From Candidatus Nitrosopumilus koreensis AR1 (GTDB taxonomy: Archaea; Thermoproteota; Nitrososphaeria; Nitrososphaerales; Nitrosopumilaceae), in contig NC_018655.1 in assembly GCF_000299365.1 (NCBI RefSeq), positions 240,001-272,000 on the forward strand: a DNA stretch of 32,000 nucleotides. The letters run 5' to 3'. The first letter of the stretch is position 1, and the number at the start of each line of letters is the position of its first letter. Positions 27,960-32,000 of the stretch are shown piece by piece. The notes under the pieces are model-generated. The model did no database searches and had not been told where the DNA came from. It saw only the letters and a program-made list of their open reading frames with translations. Made by a program: the position numbers and the translations under genes.

Positions 27960-28757
27960 ATGAAAAAACTAGATGAACTCAAACATTGGTTTGCTGATAA
28001 AAATAAAGTAATGATTGCATTGTCAGGTGGTGTGGATAGTGCACTTGTTGCATATGCTGCATATCAAAGACTTGGTGATTCTGCAATCGCAGTAACTGCT
28101 GACTACAAAACCCTTTCACAAGAGGAACTTCAAACAGCCAAACAAGTTTGTTCTGAAATAGGCATAAAGCAAATCCTATTAGATTATGACGAACTTGAAA
28201 ATGAGGAATTTGCAAAAAATGATTCCACCAGATGTTTTCATTGTAGGATTGAATTAGGTGACCATCTCTTAAAATTGGCAAAAGAACAGGGTGTGAATGT
28301 AATTGTTGATGGAACAAATCTAGATGATCTTGGTGAATATAGGCCTGGAATTGAGGCATTGCGCCAAAACGGGATACGAAGCCCTCTTGTTGAAACAAAT
28401 TTCTCAAAATCTCAAATTAGAGAACTTACAAAATCTATTGGACTATCTGTTCATGATAAACCTTCTAACTCTTGTTTGGCTTCAAGAATTCCTTGGGGTC
28501 AAAGAGTAACTGCTGAAAAGTTAGCTAGAATAGAATTTGGTGAAACTGTTGTTAAACAGCTAACAAAAATTAAACAAGTTCGTGTTCGTGATCTAAACGG
28601 TTCTGCAAAAATTGAAGTAGAAAAAAATGATATCTCTGAATTCACTAATGGTGTGTTAGATAAAATTACTGAAAAATTAAAGATGATTGGATTTTCTTCA
28701 GTTGAAGTTGATCAAGAAGGGTATAAACCAGGAAAAATTAATGTGATTGCAGATTGA
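27960..28757 (+). CDS. larE: ATP-dependent sacrificial sulfur transferase LarE
   Basis: PP-loop VMIALSGGVDSALVAYAA; RCFHCR; NSCLASRIPWGQRVTAEKLARIE with the LarE catalytic-type Cys. Directly abuts larC. Confidence 0.92.
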   Translation: MKKLDELKHWFADKNKVMIALSGGVDSALVAYAAYQRLGDSAIAVTADYKTLSQEELQTAKQVCSEIGIKQILLDYDELENEEFAKNDSTRCFHCRIELGDHLLKLAKEQGVNVIVDGTNLDDLGEYRPGIEALRQNGIRSPLVETNFSKSQIRELTKSIGLSVHDKPSNSCLASRIPWGQRVTAEKLARIEFGETVVKQLTKIKQVRVRDLNGSAKIEVEKNDISEFTNGVLDKITEKLKMIGFSSVEVDQEGYKPGKINVIAD

Positions 28758-29920
28758 TTTATCTTGATAATGCTGCATCAACTCAAATCCATAATGATGT
28801 CTTGGATTCCATGCTTCCATATCTAAAAGAACAATATGGAAACCCTTCTTCTATCCATCGGTATGGTAGGTTGTCTCGTAAGGCAATTGAAAAAGCAAGA
28901 AAACAAATCGCATCTTTAATCAATGCTGATCCTTCTGAAATCCTGATTACCTCTGGTGGTACTGAATCAAACAATACTGCATTGCGAGGAATCACAACAG
29001 GACACTCTTCTGGTCAAATTATAACATCCTCTATTGAACATGACGCAATTTTAGAGCCATGTAAAAAATTGTCTCAGGATGGATTTGATGTTTTTTATCT
29101 TCCTGTTGATAAATTTGGTATGGTTAACCTCTCAGATCTGAAAAATAACATTTCTGAAAAAACTTTGATTGTTTCAATTATGTTTGGGAATAATGAGGTT
29201 GGTACCATTCAACCGATCTCTGAAATTGCTAAAATCTGTCATGAGCGTGGTATAATCTTTCATACTGATGCTGTGCAAGTAGTAGGAAAAATCCCCATAG
29301 ATGTTCATGAATTAGGCGTAGATCTGCTCTCGATCTCATCTCATAAACTCTATGGTCCTAAAGGAATTGGTGCATTGTATATAAAAAAAGACATTTCGAT
29401 TAACCCTATGATTTTGGGTGGTGGTCAGGAACACGGTTTACGCTCTGGTACTGAAAATGTAGCAAATATTGTTGGTTTTGGAAAAGCATGTGATCTTGCA
29501 AAAATAAATCTGTCTGAAAATATTTCTCATATGAAAAAACTTAGAGATACTTTGGTTCAAAATGTGGTCGATCAAATTCCTCAAGTAACTGTTAATGGAC
29601 ATCCGGAATCTCATTTGCCTAACAATGCACATTTTACTTTTCTTGGTGTAAACGGTGAGGACCTAATCATTAAACTTGACGAATATGGTATTGCAGCATC
29701 TACTGGTTCTGCATGTTCTGTGCATACTCAAAAGGCATCTCACGTTCTACAGGCAATGGGATTCTCACATGAACAAATAACTGGATCATTAAGACTAACT
29801 ATGGGAATATTCAATGATCAAAAAGAAATTGAGCAAACAGTTGACATTTTAAAAAATATTGTAGAAGAATTAAGATCCGTGTCTCCATTTAAAGAAAAAT
29901 ACTCTTTTTCAAAAAACTAA
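28754..29920 (+). CDS. Cysteine desulfurase (NifS/IscS family)
   Basis: YLDNAASTQ, SGGTESNN, FHTDAVQ, SSHKLYGPKGIGALY (PLP Lys) and GSACSVHTQ (catalytic Cys). 4-bp overlap with larE. Confidence 0.93.
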   Translation: MIYLDNAASTQIHNDVLDSMLPYLKEQYGNPSSIHRYGRLSRKAIEKARKQIASLINADPSEILITSGGTESNNTALRGITTGHSSGQIITSSIEHDAILEPCKKLSQDGFDVFYLPVDKFGMVNLSDLKNNISEKTLIVSIMFGNNEVGTIQPISEIAKICHERGIIFHTDAVQVVGKIPIDVHELGVDLLSISSHKLYGPKGIGALYIKKDISINPMILGGGQEHGLRSGTENVANIVGFGKACDLAKINLSENISHMKKLRDTLVQNVVDQIPQVTVNGHPESHLPNNAHFTFLGVNGEDLIIKLDEYGIAASTGSACSVHTQKASHVLQAMGFSHEQITGSLRLTMGIFNDQKEIEQTVDILKNIVEELRSVSPFKEKYSFSKN

Positions 29921-30720
29921 ATTTTTATCTGAAATTTGGTTCTAGTGAGAATTATTGTTGCCATTATTCCAACTAGTAAAACCATCATCACGATCGTCCC
30001 AAATTCTGGAACAACATATGTGCCAATAATCTCAATGTCTGAATCTCCCTGTTCAAAATTAATTGTAATTACTCTGGAATCTGCATGAACTACTGATTCT
30101 TGATATGCTACCTCTATTCCGTCAATCAAAATGATAAATGTGTCATCTTTCCCATCCTGTTTTTCAGCACCGATGAATTCTCTTGGTAAATCTAGTGTAA
30201 TTACTCCTTCATCCGTAGAATCTACTTGAACTATTAACGCAAAAATATCTGAATCAACTATCATATTTTTAACTGTCCCACCTTTGATTGTGTATTCTAC
30301 ATCAAATGTTCCATGGCTTCCAGCATCAACTTCAAAATTAGTGGTAGTTTCAACTGCTCCTGATTCTGGAGTGTAATTGAATTTCGTCTCTGCCATGTTT
30401 CCGTCCCCATAAAGTACTCTGATTAGATACTCGCCTGCATTATTCCATAATGGACCTTCTGCAAGAATTGTGTGAGAATATGTTCCATCTTGGGCTACTG
30501 TGATTTGTGCAATGTCTACTAGATTCCCTGAAGTAAGTATTTGAAGTGTTACTGGTGTTCCTCCTACAACTGTTTGAACCTTTCCTGATATCACAATTGT
30601 GTCTCCTTCATCATAGTTTTTGTCATCTGTCTGAACAGACACAAATGGTTCTTGAGCAAATGCAAATCCTGTTGAAATTACTAACAAAGAAACTAATCCA
30701 TAAAATATTTTAAAATTCAC
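29917..30720 (-). CDS. Secreted PEFG-CTERM protein
   Basis: Signal peptide MNFKIFYGLVSLLVISTGFAFA; Ig-like module; C-terminal PEFGTIVMMVLLVGIMATIILTRTKFQ. Confidence 0.88.
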   Translation of the reverse strand: MNFKIFYGLVSLLVISTGFAFAQEPFVSVQTDDKNYDEGDTIVISGKVQTVVGGTPVTLQILTSGNLVDIAQITVAQDGTYSHTILAEGPLWNNAGEYLIRVLYGDGNMAETKFNYTPESGAVETTTNFEVDAGSHGTFDVEYTIKGGTVKNMIVDSDIFALIVQVDSTDEGVITLDLPREFIGAEKQDGKDDTFIILIDGIEVAYQESVVHADSRVITINFEQGDSDIEIIGTYVVPEFGTIVMMVLLVGIMATIILTRTKFQIKI

Positions 30721-30766
30721 AAATTTTGAATGTCATGTTTGTATATTTCTTTTACTATCAAAAATG

Positions 30767-30891
30767 AAAAAATGAAAAAAGATGTGATTTTAGTATCTTG
30801 GCATAATGCTAAGTCTTGATCTTGCAGATACTGCAATTATTGAGATAATTGCTACTGCTAGAATCATGGCTGCAATTGTGCCAAACTCTGG
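30767..30891. repeat. Direct repeat copy A (PEFG tail plus 3' flank), partner at 31716..31840
   Basis: 125 bp aligned at constant 949-bp offset with 4 mismatches by eye. Confidence 0.9.
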
Positions 30892-31677
30892 GATTACAAA
30901 GGTACCAATAATTTCAATTTGTTCGGTTCCTGCTGGGAACATAACTGTTACTTTGTTTCCAACAATCTCGACATCATCCCATTCTTGTCCGTCAACTAAT
31001 ATCATGAAGATACCATCTTGGACTGTCTTTGATGGAGTTACTGTTAAGATTCCATCAGATTCTCTGGCATTGATGTTGATAACAATTGAATTGTCATCTG
31101 TATTGAGAGTTGCACCTGTTACTACTGCTCCTGAAATACTAAATGGTATACAATGACCATCTGCACTAATTTCACTAGCACCACATTGTTTGGATGATGT
31201 TGGTGTTTGGTAGCCTGGTGAGTATGCAACACCACCAGTTAATTCAACTTTGACACTGTTTTTCTTATCGGCACTGCCATAGTTTGCCTTAATGGTGTAG
31301 GTACCGTCGTATTTCCACATTGCACCTGCTGTGTTTAATGTTGTCTCAAAACTGCCATCATCTGCTACAGTGATTTGATCAACTGTGACGATAGAGTTTA
31401 GGGGATTCACAACAGTAATTGTAACTGGATATCCCGATGCTACATTTGCTACTTGCCCTTCTACCATAATCATGTCACTATGTTCATATGTTTTCTTATC
31501 TGTCCAAACAGATATTGGAATGTCTTTGAGCAACATCATGTTTGATGTTTCTCTTGCATTCTCCATAGTACATCCAACACATGCTTGTGGAATTTCATCC
31601 GCATATGCTGATGACACGGTTAAGGTACCGACTGCAGTCAAAACGGCTAGTAGCGCGAACGACGTACGATTGTTCAT
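30790..31677 (-). CDS. Secreted PEFG-CTERM protein
   Basis: Signal peptide MNNRTSFALLAVLTAVGTLTVSSAYA; Ig-like module; C-terminal PEFGTIAAMILAVAIISIIAVSARSRLSIMPRY. Confidence 0.9.
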   Translation of the reverse strand: MNNRTSFALLAVLTAVGTLTVSSAYADEIPQACVGCTMENARETSNMMLLKDIPISVWTDKKTYEHSDMIMVEGQVANVASGYPVTITVVNPLNSIVTVDQITVADDGSFETTLNTAGAMWKYDGTYTIKANYGSADKKNSVKVELTGGVAYSPGYQTPTSSKQCGASEISADGHCIPFSISGAVVTGATLNTDDNSIVININARESDGILTVTPSKTVQDGIFMILVDGQEWDDVEIVGNKVTVMFPAGTEQIEIIGTFVIPEFGTIAAMILAVAIISIIAVSARSRLSIMPRY

Positions 31678-31715
31678 CTTGTTGCGAATTGAACCTGTCT
31701 CTATTTATGTATATT

Positions 31716-31840
31716 TAAAAAATGAAAAAAGATGTGATTTTAGTATCTTGGTATAATGCTAAGTCTTGACCTTGCAGATACTGCAATTATTGAGATAATT
31801 GCTACTGCTAGAATCATGGCTGCAATTGTGCCGAATTCTG
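31716..31840. repeat. Direct repeat copy B (PEFG tail plus 3' flank), partner at 30767..30891
   Basis: See copy A; the conserved block extends about 23 bp past the stop codon. Confidence 0.9.
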
Positions 31841-32000
31841 GCACTACGACTCCGTCTTTAATCTCTACTTCAGTTGAAGCAGTATATTTTGGATCGTCAA
31901 ATTGTTTTGCAGTTACAGTATAGAAACCATCTTGTTTCCATAGAGGACCACTTGTGTTGAATGTGGTGCTGAATTCACCATTTAGCATTGGCGATACTTG
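31740..32000 (-). CDS. PEFG-CTERM protein, C-terminal part, truncated by the window edge
   Basis: ...GPLWKQDGFYTVTAKQFDDPKYTASTEVEIKDGVVVPEFGTIAAMILAVAIISIIAVSARSRLSIIPRY. The listed start at 31988 is an internal Met. Confidence 0.85.
   Translation of the reverse strand, partial: QVSPMLNGEFSTTFNTSGPLWKQDGFYTVTAKQFDDPKYTASTEVEIKDGVVVPEFGTIAAMILAVAIISIIAVSARSRLSIIPRY

Noticed and set aside
30767-31840. Insertion-sequence or transposon ends (direct repeats 949 bp apart)
   Set aside because: The repeats encode the same conserved PEFG tails of paralogous genes. There is no transposase between them and no inverted termini.

Overview
The window looks like a chromosomal segment from a marine ammonia-oxidizing thaumarchaeon (Nitrosopumilus-like). 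That assignment rests on protein style, AT-rich sequence, thaumarchaeal PEFG-CTERM proteins and archaeal-type informational genes. Minus-strand housekeeping block, in transcription order: rpoN, eno, rps2, mevalonate kinase, isopentenyl phosphate kinase, IPP isomerase, prenyl synthase, gltX, then a truncated FAH-family gene. A tRNA-Leu(GAG) is divergent from rpoN. Next come nnrE, an MBL-fold hydrolase, cobT-like, glmS, rps4 and rps13; a multicopper oxidase / ZIP / CDF metal group; a large secreted surface-like protein; an (EP)n CFI-box protein; a radical SAM protein; larB, mdh, larC, larE and a cysteine desulfurase; and three tandem PEFG-CTERM secreted proteins. No CRISPR array, transposase or phage module was seen. 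Observations most worth checking: (1) gltX and the MBL-fold gene are each interrupted by a -1-type frameshift at A-rich homopolymers; (2) the CDF transporter has three tandem C-terminal domains and lies next to a ZIP with an extra extracytoplasmic domain and a two-domain multicopper oxidase; (3) LarB/C/E are present without LarA and adjoin a cysteine desulfurase; (4) one secreted module is paired with different C-terminal anchors, and two PEFG tails are nearly identical at the DNA level; (5) one TATA-like element lies symmetrically between rpoN and tRNA-Leu; (6) an unlisted 50-aa Cys-rich ORF.
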